Below, in pieces: positions 18,476 to 28,718 of a stretch of DNA of 64,000 bases. Every line of letters begins with the position of its first letter. Positions within the stretch are counted from its first letter, which is position 1. The position numbers were made by a program, and so were the translations under genes. The notes beneath the pieces are model-generated. The model worked only from the letters and a program-made list of their open reading frames with translations. It did not search any database and had not been told where the DNA came from. The stretch spans positions 764 to 64,763 of the forward strand of contig JBDLWO010000065.1 of NCBI GenBank assembly GCA_039804245.1. Reading direction: 5' to 3'. Source of the stretch: Bacteroidota bacterium. Lineage in GTDB: Bacteria; Bacteroidota; Bacteroidia; Chitinophagales; Saprospiraceae.

Positions 18476-19571
18476 TTTTCATATTTCCCGCATTAAGTTC
18501 CGGCTCAAAGAGATATTTCACGGCCTGTGCGCGTGCAACCATTTCCTGTTGCAGAGGTTTGCTGGAGAGGAAGTCGGACAATTCTCTGGTGATTTCATTT
18601 TGATCACGGGTAGAAATGACCAGTCCGCACGCATTTTCTCTGAAAAAAGCGGCCAGAAAGTAATCTTCGGGGCAGTGTACCACTATGGGAACACCGGAGG
18701 CGAGAAATTCGGGGGTCTTCGTAGGGAAAACAGTTGCCATTTCATCAGGATGAACAGAACTTTCATCGGGCCAGTTGAGACAAAGCATCAGCAGACGGTG
18801 GCCGGCGACAGCCGACAGATAATCGGCACGTGAGCTGTAAAAGCACTGCTGAATGAAATCGGTGTTGAATCCGAACAGTCGGAGATCCTTTTCGGGGGTA
18901 TTACCAGTGAAGGTGGCATTCATGCCCGCACGGGTACACGCATGCGTCATGCGTGCGAGTGCGCGATGATTGATACCGTATACAGCTCCGCTCCAGAAAG
19001 CACGGCCATTGCCCCGGGGGGTAACAGGCAGAACTTCTTCAGGATAAATATGCCGTACCACCGTTGTCTGCAGTCCGTATTTGCGTGCATAAAGATCCTT
19101 CATTCCATCACTGATGACAAATACGGCCGCAGCTGAGCCCAATACGGTTTTCTGAACCCTGGCAGCAACCCGGCGAAGGGGGCCCCTTGAGAGCGCCTCT
19201 TCAATGGTATCATGCAAATAGGCGAAATAAGGGACTCCGAGCCTGTTGGCCTCTTTTACTGCTGCGCTGAAAAGCGTGAGCTGCGGATAGGCTGCGATGA
19301 TAAAAGCCGGTTTATAGCGTCGGATCAGAACAGCAATTTTGATGCGCGCAGCAAATTCCGACAAAACGTGGCCAAAGATGAGCAATCTTCTGGGCAGAAA
19401 ACTGTAGTTGAATCCGGCTGATTCGGCTGCTGCATCGTGGTTTGTTCTCCTTCCGGACGATACCGTGATAATCCTCCCCGCATCCAGATACTTAACCAGC
19501 ATGCTGTTTACGACAGCGGATCCTCCGCGGGCCGGAGGCAGACAATCTGATATATAGAGAATGGTAAACAT
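18411..19571 (-). CDS. Glycosyltransferase (GT-B fold, GT4-like)
   Basis: 386 aa. The N-terminus MFTILYISDCLPPARGGSAVV is typical of GT4 enzymes. The C-terminal half has FPTKTPEFLASGVPIVVHCPED. It is contiguous with flanking GT genes on the same strand. Confidence 0.7.
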   Translation of the reverse strand: MFTILYISDCLPPARGGSAVVNSMLVKYLDAGRIITVSSGRRTNHDAAAESAGFNYSFLPRRLLIFGHVLSEFAARIKIAVLIRRYKPAFIIAAYPQLTLFSAAVKEANRLGVPYFAYLHDTIEEALSRGPLRRVAARVQKTVLGSAAAVFVISDGMKDLYARKYGLQTTVVRHIYPEEVLPVTPRGNGRAFWSGAVYGINHRALARMTHACTRAGMNATFTGNTPEKDLRLFGFNTDFIQQCFYSSRADYLSAVAGHRLLMLCLNWPDESSVHPDEMATVFPTKTPEFLASGVPIVVHCPEDYFLAAFFRENACGLVISTRDQNEITRELSDFLSSKPLQQEMVARAQAVKYLFEPELNAGNMKNAIGSALLSPSSHRENSLDSQ

Positions 19572-19588
19572 GCCCGATCACAAACTGG

Positions 19589-20560
19589 TCAACGCCCGAA
19601 CAGTCCTGTCAGAAAGCCTGATCCATAGCTGGTGTGAATAATCGGATAAGTAAACAGAACAAATATCCTTGCACGGAGTCGAAGGGGTGATATGAGCGAG
19701 AAATAAAGGGACAAGATCAGGTATAACATCAGGGGCGCACACCACAACGGCCACCAGAAACAAACAGGCAAGCTCAGGAGATAAATAACGAAGCATGAGG
19801 GCACCAGATGCCTTGGTCTGACAGAGGAAACAACTTTTTTGAATACAAGGGGCTTGTACAAACCATACTGAAAATACTGTTTCGCGAGTCCTTTCAGCGA
19901 ATTCCGGACGAAATAGGTAATTTTAAGATCAGGAATCATCAGAATACGAAGTCCCAGACTGTTCATCCGGTAGTGAAATTCGTCGTCCTGGTCTCGGACA
20001 AGTTCTTCATCAAAATAACCGGCAACGTCGAATACTTTCCGGTTGTAAACGGCAAAAGCGACACTGTCAACATATTTCTTTTCAGGTTCTGTACGGAATT
20101 CAGTGTCACCTACCCCAAACTTGGTACCCATGGCATAGGCGATTGCCTCACCGGAGGTTCCCTTGCCCTGATGGATAAGAAATCCGCCGGCTGCATCACA
20201 AACACCGGACTCAAGATATTCAACGCATACCCTGAAGTAATCGGCAGGGTAAAGCGAATGTGCTCCTATCAGTGCGATATAACGGCCCTTCGCTACCTTG
20301 CAGGCATTATTGAAGGCATTACTTACATACCTGCCAGGGTTATCAACCAGTATGATATTGTTGTATTTCTCTGCGGCTTCGGCAATTTTATGCCTGGTTC
20401 CATCTTCAGAACCTGCATCTGAAAAGATGATCTCCTTATCGAGGTCATCCATTTCGTTGAGAGATTGCACCAGTTTCCCGATGTTATCAGCCTCGTTAAA
20501 GACAGGAATTATTACGGATAACTTCAATTTGTAATGATGAAAAGTGCTGAAAAGGAGCAC
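19589..20560 (-). CDS. Glycosyltransferase family 2 with C-terminal TM segments
   Basis: LSVIIPVFNEADNI, FSDAGSEDGT and a DXD-like region (VRDQDDEF), followed by hydrophobic C-terminal helices. The track start is GTG at 20560. An in-frame TTG at 20527 would give the classical MKLSVIIPVFNE N-terminus. Confidence 0.8.
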   Translation of the reverse strand: MLLFSTFHHYKLKLSVIIPVFNEADNIGKLVQSLNEMDDLDKEIIFSDAGSEDGTRHKIAEAAEKYNNIILVDNPGRYVSNAFNNACKVAKGRYIALIGAHSLYPADYFRVCVEYLESGVCDAAGGFLIHQGKGTSGEAIAYAMGTKFGVGDTEFRTEPEKKYVDSVAFAVYNRKVFDVAGYFDEELVRDQDDEFHYRMNSLGLRILMIPDLKITYFVRNSLKGLAKQYFQYGLYKPLVFKKVVSSVRPRHLVPSCFVIYLLSLPVCFWWPLWCAPLMLYLILSLYFSLISPLRLRARIFVLFTYPIIHTSYGSGFLTGLFGR

Positions 20561-20580
20561 AAAATTATTAAAATTTCATT

Positions 20581-20618
20581 AAAAAAACCCGCCAGCGGAA
20601 GTGTTTTCCACTGGCGGG
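20581..20618 (-). terminator. Rho-independent terminator after the 1364-aa adhesin gene
   Basis: Stem cccgccag(c)gga / tcca(c)tggcggg. On the minus strand it is followed by seven T (plus-strand aaaaaaa at 20581-20587). It lies 29 nt after the stop at 20647. Confidence 0.7.
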
Positions 20619-20646
20619 TACAGTTTTCACTCTTTTCGGACAGTTT

Positions 20647-23600
20647 TTATTTGAGAAGCGTCACATCTCCCTTGTTTTCATACACTGCACCATTGCCACA
20701 CCGGACACGCGCATACCATGCGTAAGAGTCGGGTGTGAGTTCGGCTCCTTTGTAAGTGCCGTCCCATCCCTGTGCATTCACATCGGTGGTCTGATATACT
20801 TTTTCGCCCCAGCGCGACCACACAACAAATTCCAGTTCGACGATATTAACTCCCCGGATAATAAAGAAGTCGTTGTTGGAGTCGTTATTGGGGGTGAACG
20901 CTTTGGGTACAAAGATGAATGGCTCTTCACAAAGACCACCCCTGTAAAATACCTCAACCTCATCCGTGGCGGTACATCCGCTGGCAGAAGTGACTGTCAC
21001 TGTATAAATTATATCCGCCTCGGGTGCTGCTTCAGTGGTTGCGCTGTAGGGATCAGAAAGTCCGTCTGATGGTGACCACTCATAGGTAAACATGGTTCCG
21101 TTACCGGTAGCAATTGCCTGAACAGTGGTTGATTCCCCGTAAAAAAGTGTATCTTTCCCAATAATCCCAGCATTTACACCCACACTAATTACCTCCACTG
21201 TAAAAGTGGTATCTTTGGTGCAACCCGAGCGACTGTCAGTAACCGCAACATGATACTGGGTGGTTATCCCCGGGGAAACCTCCTGCACGGCCTCACCGGG
21301 CAGACTGGGAGTCCAGACATAACTCAGGTCTGAGCCCGGATTCAGATTCTGTACAATCAGTGATGCCGACTCACCGTAGCAGATTTGCTGTTGCAGGGAA
21401 TTTACGGCAAAAGAAACAGTTCCCATATCTATTCGTACAGAGTCAACCGCCTCACAGATACCCAGAATAGTTCTGACGTAATACTTGCCTTCTGCAATTG
21501 GGGGCAACAGGTTGAGTGTAGTACCACTGCCGATAATATTGGTGAAACCGGCATTATCCGACCACTCATAAATCATACCGGAGCCCAGTGCTGACAGTTG
21601 GAGGGACTCTGTTTCGGAGCAGAGTGAAATAAGGCTGGAATCAGGCAACATTTTCACAGAAGGCACAGGCTCAACGGTAACATTTACCTGTTGCGAGATG
21701 CTGCACACACCACTGGAAACAGATACCGAATAGACGGTTGACACATCGGGAGAAACTGCAGGGTTGGGTGAGTTGACTGCCAGGTCTGCATCAAACGGCG
21801 TAGACGACCAGTTATAGGTAGCATTCGGGTCGGTACCATCCGCATTGAGTGCCACTTCTGAGCCGGCACAGATTGTTGCTGATGCAGCAATCTGATCATT
21901 AATCTGGTCAATTTCAACAGGAATGGCGAGTGTATCACTGCATCCCGAAGAGACTGTAGCGGTTACCGTTACCATGTAGCTGCCGGCAGGGCCACTGATT
22001 GTCGGATGGTCGGTTCCGGAAGCAGTAAGTATCAGGGGCGGAAGTGCGCTCCACTGGTAAGTATCTGCAGGAGGTTGAGATACCACGCCTGCCACGAATG
22101 GCACACCTGCGCACCCGCTCGCGGGAGCAGACGGATCTGCTTCAAGCACTGGCGAGGGGAGTACAACAACCTCGACAGTTCTGATCATCTTGCACAAGCC
22201 CTGAGATATAGTAACTTCATAATTGGTAGAAACACCCGGAGAGACAACCGGGTCAGGGTTGTCAGTATCCAGTTCCGGGTCAGCAGGTATAGCCGTCCAT
22301 GCATAAACAGCCCCGGTATCAAAACCGTCGTTATTCAGGGAAACAGAGTCGCCGGGGCAGATTTTCAGTAATTCCGGAATATTATCAGACACTATGATAA
22401 TCTGAATAGTTGTATCATCGGTTGTGATACAACCGTTTGCATCTGTCAAAGTCAGTGTTATACGAGCTTCGCCTTCACTGTTAAAAGAGACATAAGGAGC
22501 AGCATTACTGGCTGCAGCCGGATTCCCCCCCTCGAAGGTCCAGCTCCAGTTAACCACTCCCTGCGAATTGGCATAATTGGTGAACTGAAATTGCATTGAA
22601 CCGATACAGCTCACCTGTCCTCCTCCGATTTCAGGTTGTACAAGAGCGGTCGCACTGACCACCACGGTAGTATCCCAGGGATCTACACAAACAGTATTAT
22701 ATGGTGTGAAAGTTACCTGATAAGAACCTGCCGAAGCGTAAACGTGCGCAGGATTCATCTCTTCACTTTGCGTTCCATCACCAAAAGTCCAGATTCCACC
22801 AACGGAACTGTTATTGAAAAACTGCGTCTGAAGGCCATCGCAGAGATTGGCGGAAATAGCCTGATCAAGAGACGGGTTATTCTGGATGGAAACGGGGATG
22901 AGGAGCGTTTGGGAACAATATGAGTTGGAAACAGTAACTGTAACGACATAGCTGCCTGTTGGACCGGTGACTGTCGGGTTGGCGATATTGCTGTCGGAAA
23001 GGGTGAGCGATGGCGGAGCCTGCCACTGCCAGGTGAAATTTGTGACAGTGCTTTGAGCCAATACTCCCAGTTGAAGCGGTTCGCCTTCACAGCCGATACC
23101 ATTTTTGGCAGGGTCGGCCACCAGACCAACAAAACTGCCTGTCAGCGAAACGCTCACCGAGTCGGCACAACCCAAATCGCCAATGGCAATAGCAGTATAA
23201 ACAGCGGTAACACCGGCGTTGACAGTTACAGTATCGGAGGGAGGGGTACCTGCAGGATTACCGGCGGCATCCACCCAGATAACACCGTTTACATCGGCAG
23301 AGGCGGTAAGTACATACAGAGAATCGCAGGAATGTACCTCAGAGTCATTGGCCTGAAGATTGATATCTCTGACACGAATAACATTCACGGAAACAGTATC
23401 TGTACATCCCCGGTCATTTGCAATCAGCTGGTACGATGTGGTAGAATCGGGATTGACAACAACATTTACAGGAGAAGGTGAAAACGCAAGATCGCTTAAA
23501 GGCGACCATATATACTGGTAATAAGATTTACCCCCTGAAACAGAAATTGTAACGGGCGAATTATCGCAATTGAAAGCGGTGGCGCCTGTACTCAGTTCAA

Positions 23601-24741
23601 CATCCGGATTTTCGGGGACAAACATGGTACGACTGACCAGATTGGTACAACCATTTGCGGAAACAACTCCGAGTGAGACCGTAATAGTATCACCTGCAGG
23701 CAGCCACAGGACAAGTGGACTGACATTTGGAAAAATGTATGAAGTATCGCTGGAGACAATACGCCACTCCCACGAAGCAATAGAACTGAACGCATCGGTC
23801 GAGAAATTTTCGAATCGGATGAGCGACGAATCAGATCCACACTCGAGCAGCTGTAATCCGCTCATAGCGGCATGGGGTGCTCCCCCCACCGTAATATCCA
23901 CCACCTCTATCGCACGACATCCACGCAGGTCGGTCACTTCAATCTGATAGCTGCCCGGAGACAAATTGCTGATCTGGGTTTGATTGCTGATAACCGAATC
24001 ACCGGGAGGGGAAGTCCATTCGTAAAAAATCTGCGGGCTGTTTGCGGAGGCGTTGACGGTGGCGGCGCCCAGGCTGAGGCCTGCACAGGCGATATCAGTA
24101 TCGGTGACCACCATTTGAATCTGATCAAGAGCGCCGATGGAACCGCTGGCAGAGGATGAACAGCCGGTTGCGGGGTCAGTCACTGTTACAGCAACCTCCG
24201 ATCCGGCGGCGAGGCCGGAAAGAACCGCCCCGTCCTGCAGTGGTTGCCCGGGGATATTCCAGCTGAATGAATAAGTACCTGCCGGAGAAACAACAGCTAA
24301 GGCTGTACCGTTGGGTACTCCGGGGCAGGCAGCGCTTTGAAGCGACAAAACGACTGAAGGGGTATCTGCGGAAGGTATGGTTATTGTTGTTTCCGTCTGG
24401 CACTGGTTGGCATCAGTGGTGGAAACAGTATAGACACCTGCAGAAAGACCGGTCACTGTTTCTCCGGTTGCATTCCCTGGCGACCATTCATGCGTAAAAG
24501 GCATAGCGCCACCGGTGACCATGATAGTGACACTTCCACTGGAGGAGCCCGAACAGTCGGGAGTCAGCGAAACCACTGTTACCATCAGGTTGCAGGCTGA
24601 ATCCTGCCCGACAGTGGCTGAAGATGGCATCCCTGTACCGGATGAGGCTGCAAGGGGTGCTATTCCGCAGAAAACACAGAACAATACCAGCGAAAGACTC
24701 TTGATCATGGTGTGGGTATTTTTCATCTGAGTAAAAAGCAT
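20647..24741 (-). CDS. Giant cell-surface adhesin-like protein with T9SS type B sorting domain (gliding-motility-associated C-terminal domain, CHU_C type)
   Basis: 1364 aa.
- Signal peptide (MIKSLSLVLFCVFCGIAPLAA).
- SprB-type repeat near the N-terminus (CSGSSSGSVTIMVTGGAMPFTHEWSPGN...GVYTVSTTDANQC).
- PKD-like segment (WTFGDGTQSEEMNPAHVYASAGSYQVTF).
- Many Ig-like Cys-containing modules.
- C-terminal FVPKAFTPNNDSNNDFFIIRG...FVVWSRWGEKVY...GWDGTYKG...PDSYAWY, the type B CTD signature. Confidence 0.9.
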   Translation of the reverse strand: MLFTQMKNTHTMIKSLSLVLFCVFCGIAPLAASSGTGMPSSATVGQDSACNLMVTVVSLTPDCSGSSSGSVTIMVTGGAMPFTHEWSPGNATGETVTGLSAGVYTVSTTDANQCQTETTITIPSADTPSVVLSLQSAACPGVPNGTALAVVSPAGTYSFSWNIPGQPLQDGAVLSGLAAGSEVAVTVTDPATGCSSSASGSIGALDQIQMVVTDTDIACAGLSLGAATVNASANSPQIFYEWTSPPGDSVISNQTQISNLSPGSYQIEVTDLRGCRAIEVVDITVGGAPHAAMSGLQLLECGSDSSLIRFENFSTDAFSSIASWEWRIVSSDTSYIFPNVSPLVLWLPAGDTITVSLGVVSANGCTNLVSRTMFVPENPDVELSTGATAFNCDNSPVTISVSGGKSYYQYIWSPLSDLAFSPSPVNVVVNPDSTTSYQLIANDRGCTDTVSVNVIRVRDINLQANDSEVHSCDSLYVLTASADVNGVIWVDAAGNPAGTPPSDTVTVNAGVTAVYTAIAIGDLGCADSVSVSLTGSFVGLVADPAKNGIGCEGEPLQLGVLAQSTVTNFTWQWQAPPSLTLSDSNIANPTVTGPTGSYVVTVTVSNSYCSQTLLIPVSIQNNPSLDQAISANLCDGLQTQFFNNSSVGGIWTFGDGTQSEEMNPAHVYASAGSYQVTFTPYNTVCVDPWDTTVVVSATALVQPEIGGGQVSCIGSMQFQFTNYANSQGVVNWSWTFEGGNPAAASNAAPYVSFNSEGEARITLTLTDANGCITTDDTTIQIIIVSDNIPELLKICPGDSVSLNNDGFDTGAVYAWTAIPADPELDTDNPDPVVSPGVSTNYEVTISQGLCKMIRTVEVVVLPSPVLEADPSAPASGCAGVPFVAGVVSQPPADTYQWSALPPLILTASGTDHPTISGPAGSYMVTVTATVSSGCSDTLAIPVEIDQINDQIAASATICAGSEVALNADGTDPNATYNWSSTPFDADLAVNSPNPAVSPDVSTVYSVSVSSGVCSISQQVNVTVEPVPSVKMLPDSSLISLCSETESLQLSALGSGMIYEWSDNAGFTNIIGSGTTLNLLPPIAEGKYYVRTILGICEAVDSVRIDMGTVSFAVNSLQQQICYGESASLIVQNLNPGSDLSYVWTPSLPGEAVQEVSPGITTQYHVAVTDSRSGCTKDTTFTVEVISVGVNAGIIGKDTLFYGESTTVQAIATGNGTMFTYEWSPSDGLSDPYSATTEAAPEADIIYTVTVTSASGCTATDEVEVFYRGGLCEEPFIFVPKAFTPNNDSNNDFFIIRGVNIVELEFVVWSRWGEKVYQTTDVNAQGWDGTYKGAELTPDSYAWYARVRCGNGAVYENKGDVTLLK

Positions 24742-24744
24742 GGA

Positions 24745-27573
24745 TTACTGTTTTTTCTCCTGGTTTACTTTGACACCGACTATTTCGAGTCGTCGCTCAC
24801 GGGAGGCATGAACAGCGTAGATGGAGTTCCGGTCATCCCTGATATCATCGCTGACATCCCTGGGGGCCTTGGCTTCTCCATTGGCTTCCCTCATGATTAC
24901 CAGTTGTCCGGAGAGCGTGAACTTTCTGTAAATACTGCCGTCGAAAATATTGAAGTGATTATACACCGACGAAACACGTCGGTCGGTCAGGTACTTGTTA
25001 TACAGCGCACCTGCACGCGGAGAAGCATAGCCCTTCAGCGTTATTTCGATTGAATCGCCGCGGGACAACATTTCATAGAGTACTTCCGAAAACTCCATGA
25101 GTCTGTTCCATCCGCCTCTGACCTCATCTTCGAAGAATCTGTTGATAGAATCCGATTCGGCCAGCAACTGTTCGCCGGTCATTCCCTCTGTGTATCGCTC
25201 GATATATTCTTCTTTTCTTCTCATATAATCAACATAAACTGCCCGGTACTCTCTTTTGGTAGCCCTTGCCACCGTTCGCCGGTCGGGTTCATCATTGTCG
25301 AAGTACAGCGGAATCGGAAGATACGCATCCAGTCTGAGCGGGCGGAGCCTGAGTTCCTGAACCACCTGCTGAAATTCGCTTCTGGGCAAATCAACAGTGG
25401 AAAAATCAATGGAATCAGAGGAGAACCCTTCCTTGCTCGCGACAATACGATAGCGGTTCTCGTAGGCTATGATAGTATTGAAATCCTTTCCCGGCGGGCT
25501 TGTGTATGATTCCATTGGCTTCTCTGCCGGAAGTTCCAGAAGACGGTAGGACACGTTAAAAAGCGTATCCTTATTGATGCGGTTCACCGTATATGCCTTG
25601 AAAGACAATCCGCTGCTCAGGAAGATATCGGTTTCAATGACGGGAGCACCTGTGAGTCCTTTTGTTGAAATCACTTCTGATGAATCAACTGTATAGCCGT
25701 ACTTGGAAGCCACCACCTGATAGTGATGGTCTGCATCCAGCGGATATTCAAACCTGTTACCACCGGGGTTGGTCTGAATTGCAGGTTCCAGTGAAAAGGC
25801 AGGATCGAACTGATTATCAGACAGATATTGGCCGAGGTCGAACAGACGGGTTGTTGCGCCCTGAATGGGCTTTCCGGATTCTTTGTCGAATACCCTGACC
25901 AGTAACTGCGGAGTAGCGGGCTCGAGGTAGAGTTTCTCAATAATTGGCTGTCTCCAGGGGCGGGGAGGCGTGGAGAACCTGATCGTATCTGAAGCGAACC
26001 TCCTCTTGCTGCCAATGAGCATATAACTCTTGCCGGGAAGCAGGTCAAAGTCAAAACTGCCATTTTCACCCACTTCTACCCTGAATGTCTGAGAGTCAGG
26101 CGTATCTGTTTCAACGAGGGTCATAGTGGAATAACCGAGAACCTGACTGGTAGGAATTCCCTTCTTTCGTATAAAAGTCATACCCGTCATTTGCGGCTGC
26201 AGATAATCTGCCTGATAGATATCGTAACAGCAACCTTCCTCCGACTGGTTGAAACTGCCTCTCCTGTTGCTGGACAGAAAGGCCGTCCTGCTATCGGGTG
26301 TCAGCATATAAAACACATCATTGGCTCCGGAGTTGACGGGGTAGCCTGCGTTGACAGGGTCTGCGAACGTACTCCCGTCCCAGGAGGCGCTGTACACATC
26401 GAAGCCGCCCATAGTCGTCAGACTGTCAGAACTGAAGTACAGCGTTGCTGTTTTCGGGTGGTAGAAAGGAGTGACATCATCACCCGGCGTATTGATGGAA
26501 GCCACGTTTTCGGGGCCAAAGAACTGATCTCCCTCAATTTTGCAGCACCATATATCCTTGCCTCCCTTACCTCCCGGACGATTGCTGGAGAAGAACAGCA
26601 TTTCATACTTTTCGCCGGGGACAGAGCCTACAGAGGGTTGTGTATTGGTATATCCTGCAAGGTTGATATTGTCGGGAAGCCGCTCGGCGGGGCCCCAGTC
26701 GCCTCCGGGCAATAATTTCCTTCTGTAAATCTCGCAGCTGACCTCGTATGATTTTCCGATAAACTCGCAGTTGGAATAATACACAACATCCCCTCTGGAA
26801 TTGAACGTTGTATGCGTAATATGCCTTCCCTCCTCATTGAAAGACTCCATTCGGGCAGCTTCAGTGAGCAAAGAGCCTCCGGCCGACATCACCTTGTTCA
26901 GGCTGCGGCGCGGGAAAACCCTGTCGGTCAGAAACGGGAAGCGCGGTGAAGAAAAATAAAGCCTGTCGCCAAGCAGAAAGGGAGCATGTTCGGAAAACTG
27001 TGGTGTATTGATATTACTGTCGAGCAGATTGAAGAGGCCCGGTTCAGTGACAGGATTGGCCATGGCCGTTATCGCCCATTCGCAGTCTTCCAGTCTTTTT
27101 TCGGCGGTCAGTTTTGATGATTCTGTTGCTGCGGCAGGTTTATCCTCAAACAGAAACCTCCTGTAAACCTTTGACGCTTCTGCATATTTACCCATACGGT
27201 ACTTCACCTCTGCCAGGCGCAGGAGCGCAATGCCATCGGGGCCGGTCAGGTTATTATCCACAATAGTATGAAAAGCCACTTCGGCGCTGTCGAGTGCTGC
27301 ATAGCTGACAGCGGCCTCACCGTAAGCAGCGAGAATTCTTGCATTGAGCGGTTCAGCCTTCAGCAGCGTTTTGTAATAGCGCATGGCACCGAAATAATTC
27401 CCTCTTTCAACCTCATTCCGTGCCGCCTGTTCCAGTGCTTCAAAGGAGGGACCACGCTCATAATCCTGATTAATACGGTCAGAAACACCTATTTGCCCCG
27501 GAAGCAACCGGGCCATCAGCAGGAATGCGACCGTTAATATGCTATTCTGCTTCAAGGTCATGTTGAAATTCAT
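24745..27573 (-). CDS. TPR + PD40 beta-propeller + beta-sandwich protein with C-terminal OmpA-like peptidoglycan-binding domain
   Basis: 942 aa. Signal peptide, TPR-like helices (GNYFGAMRYYKTLLKAEP), PD40 motifs (EMLFFSSNRPGGKGGKDIWCC, ATLYFSSDSLTTMGGFDVYSA), and an OmpA-like tail at about 24745-25320 (LPIPLYFDNDEPD...IEITLKGYASPRAGALYNKYLTDRRVSSV...RRLEIVGV). It has the same overall architecture as the 8511-11336 protein. Confidence 0.85.
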   Translation of the reverse strand: MNFNMTLKQNSILTVAFLLMARLLPGQIGVSDRINQDYERGPSFEALEQAARNEVERGNYFGAMRYYKTLLKAEPLNARILAAYGEAAVSYAALDSAEVAFHTIVDNNLTGPDGIALLRLAEVKYRMGKYAEASKVYRRFLFEDKPAAATESSKLTAEKRLEDCEWAITAMANPVTEPGLFNLLDSNINTPQFSEHAPFLLGDRLYFSSPRFPFLTDRVFPRRSLNKVMSAGGSLLTEAARMESFNEEGRHITHTTFNSRGDVVYYSNCEFIGKSYEVSCEIYRRKLLPGGDWGPAERLPDNINLAGYTNTQPSVGSVPGEKYEMLFFSSNRPGGKGGKDIWCCKIEGDQFFGPENVASINTPGDDVTPFYHPKTATLYFSSDSLTTMGGFDVYSASWDGSTFADPVNAGYPVNSGANDVFYMLTPDSRTAFLSSNRRGSFNQSEEGCCYDIYQADYLQPQMTGMTFIRKKGIPTSQVLGYSTMTLVETDTPDSQTFRVEVGENGSFDFDLLPGKSYMLIGSKRRFASDTIRFSTPPRPWRQPIIEKLYLEPATPQLLVRVFDKESGKPIQGATTRLFDLGQYLSDNQFDPAFSLEPAIQTNPGGNRFEYPLDADHHYQVVASKYGYTVDSSEVISTKGLTGAPVIETDIFLSSGLSFKAYTVNRINKDTLFNVSYRLLELPAEKPMESYTSPPGKDFNTIIAYENRYRIVASKEGFSSDSIDFSTVDLPRSEFQQVVQELRLRPLRLDAYLPIPLYFDNDEPDRRTVARATKREYRAVYVDYMRRKEEYIERYTEGMTGEQLLAESDSINRFFEDEVRGGWNRLMEFSEVLYEMLSRGDSIEITLKGYASPRAGALYNKYLTDRRVSSVYNHFNIFDGSIYRKFTLSGQLVIMREANGEAKAPRDVSDDIRDDRNSIYAVHASRERRLEIVGVKVNQEKKQ

Positions 27574-27619
27574 AATTGCTCGTGTACTTGATCAGCCCAT
27601 TGGACCGGGCAGGATTAAA

Positions 27620-28675
27620 TCAGAAAAGCTGGCAGGACTTGTATTTGGGTATGGGTTTGACCTTGTAGAGGCGATAACCGACGGATACCTCAGGGCCGCC
27701 GCGCTTGTTGGTAATCGTTTTGACCTCGGAAAGTGCTGTCACATCGTAAGAGAAGCCAATTTGCCAGGTTTTGAAGAAAAAATCAACGCGGGGGATAAGT
27801 GCATCCCGGAAGTGGTGGCGGAAATCGAGGCTGATTTGCAGCGCCATTTCCTTGTACATACTCCTGTTCAGGTGCATACGGAGCCCGGCTCCATAAACAG
27901 CCTCCCGGTAGCCGCCCTGACGCTGATACATACCCTGAACGATCAGGTCATAGTTGTGGGCCAGCTGAACAAGAGCGCTGGCATGCACCACTTTCCTGTC
28001 GTGCAGACGCACATTGCCCGGATTATTGAGCGAGGCTGACCAGAAATCGTGATAGGGTCGGTTCAGGTGATGGATACCGCCGCCAATATCAAGTTTGGAT
28101 CGTGTCCGGGGTGACTGTATGCGCAGATTGAACCCGGTGCTGAAATCGAAATACTTCAGGCTCTGGCTTTGGAACAGCTGATTTTCGTGCGTGGGGGCCT
28201 GCGGATCGTAAATCCGGTTATTCCACTGGGCATCGAAAGTCAGTTTTTCCGTTCCGAATGATCGCTGTCCGAATGCGGGAGTAGCGCCTACCGTCAGGAA
28301 ACCGAATCTGGTGACAGGTATTGTGACCGAAAACGGCAGACCGACCTGCATCGAAGTGAGGCTCAGGCTGCCCTGTTTATCGTAGTTCAGAAGGAGGCCA
28401 CCAGTGAAATAGCGATCGTATTTGCCTTTCGCCCAGTACAGCTTGTTTTCGACTGTTCCTGAAAAAGTGGTGTATGGTACGGGTACCGAACGCCACTGAT
28501 CCCTGTAGTTAGCCACGGCGCGCATATCTCCGCCGAAAACGCCAATCAGTCCCGGATTAAGATTCACCGGAGAGTTGGCAAACTGCGAGAAGTGAATATC
28601 CTGCGCAGATGTGCGCGTGCAGAGCAACGCGAGTGCAAGAACAGGTAATCGCCTGAGTAATAAAATAGCGCTCAT
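27620..28675 (-). CDS. Type IX secretion system membrane protein, PorP/SprF family
   Basis: After the signal peptide MSAILLLRRLPVLALALLCTRTSAQ comes the family hallmark DIHFSQFANSPVNLNPGLIGVF, then a beta-barrel-like alternating pattern. The track start at 28717 lies inside or just after a -7 promoter box, so the ATG at 28675 is preferred. Confidence 0.85.
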   Translation of the reverse strand: MSAILLLRRLPVLALALLCTRTSAQDIHFSQFANSPVNLNPGLIGVFGGDMRAVANYRDQWRSVPVPYTTFSGTVENKLYWAKGKYDRYFTGGLLLNYDKQGSLSLTSMQVGLPFSVTIPVTRFGFLTVGATPAFGQRSFGTEKLTFDAQWNNRIYDPQAPTHENQLFQSQSLKYFDFSTGFNLRIQSPRTRSKLDIGGGIHHLNRPYHDFWSASLNNPGNVRLHDRKVVHASALVQLAHNYDLIVQGMYQRQGGYREAVYGAGLRMHLNRSMYKEMALQISLDFRHHFRDALIPRVDFFFKTWQIGFSYDVTALSEVKTITNKRGGPEVSVGYRLYKVKPIPKYKSCQLF

Positions 28676-28718
28676 ATTCACCATTCTGATGATTGAAATG
28701 TTTAGAAACATTTCCAAA

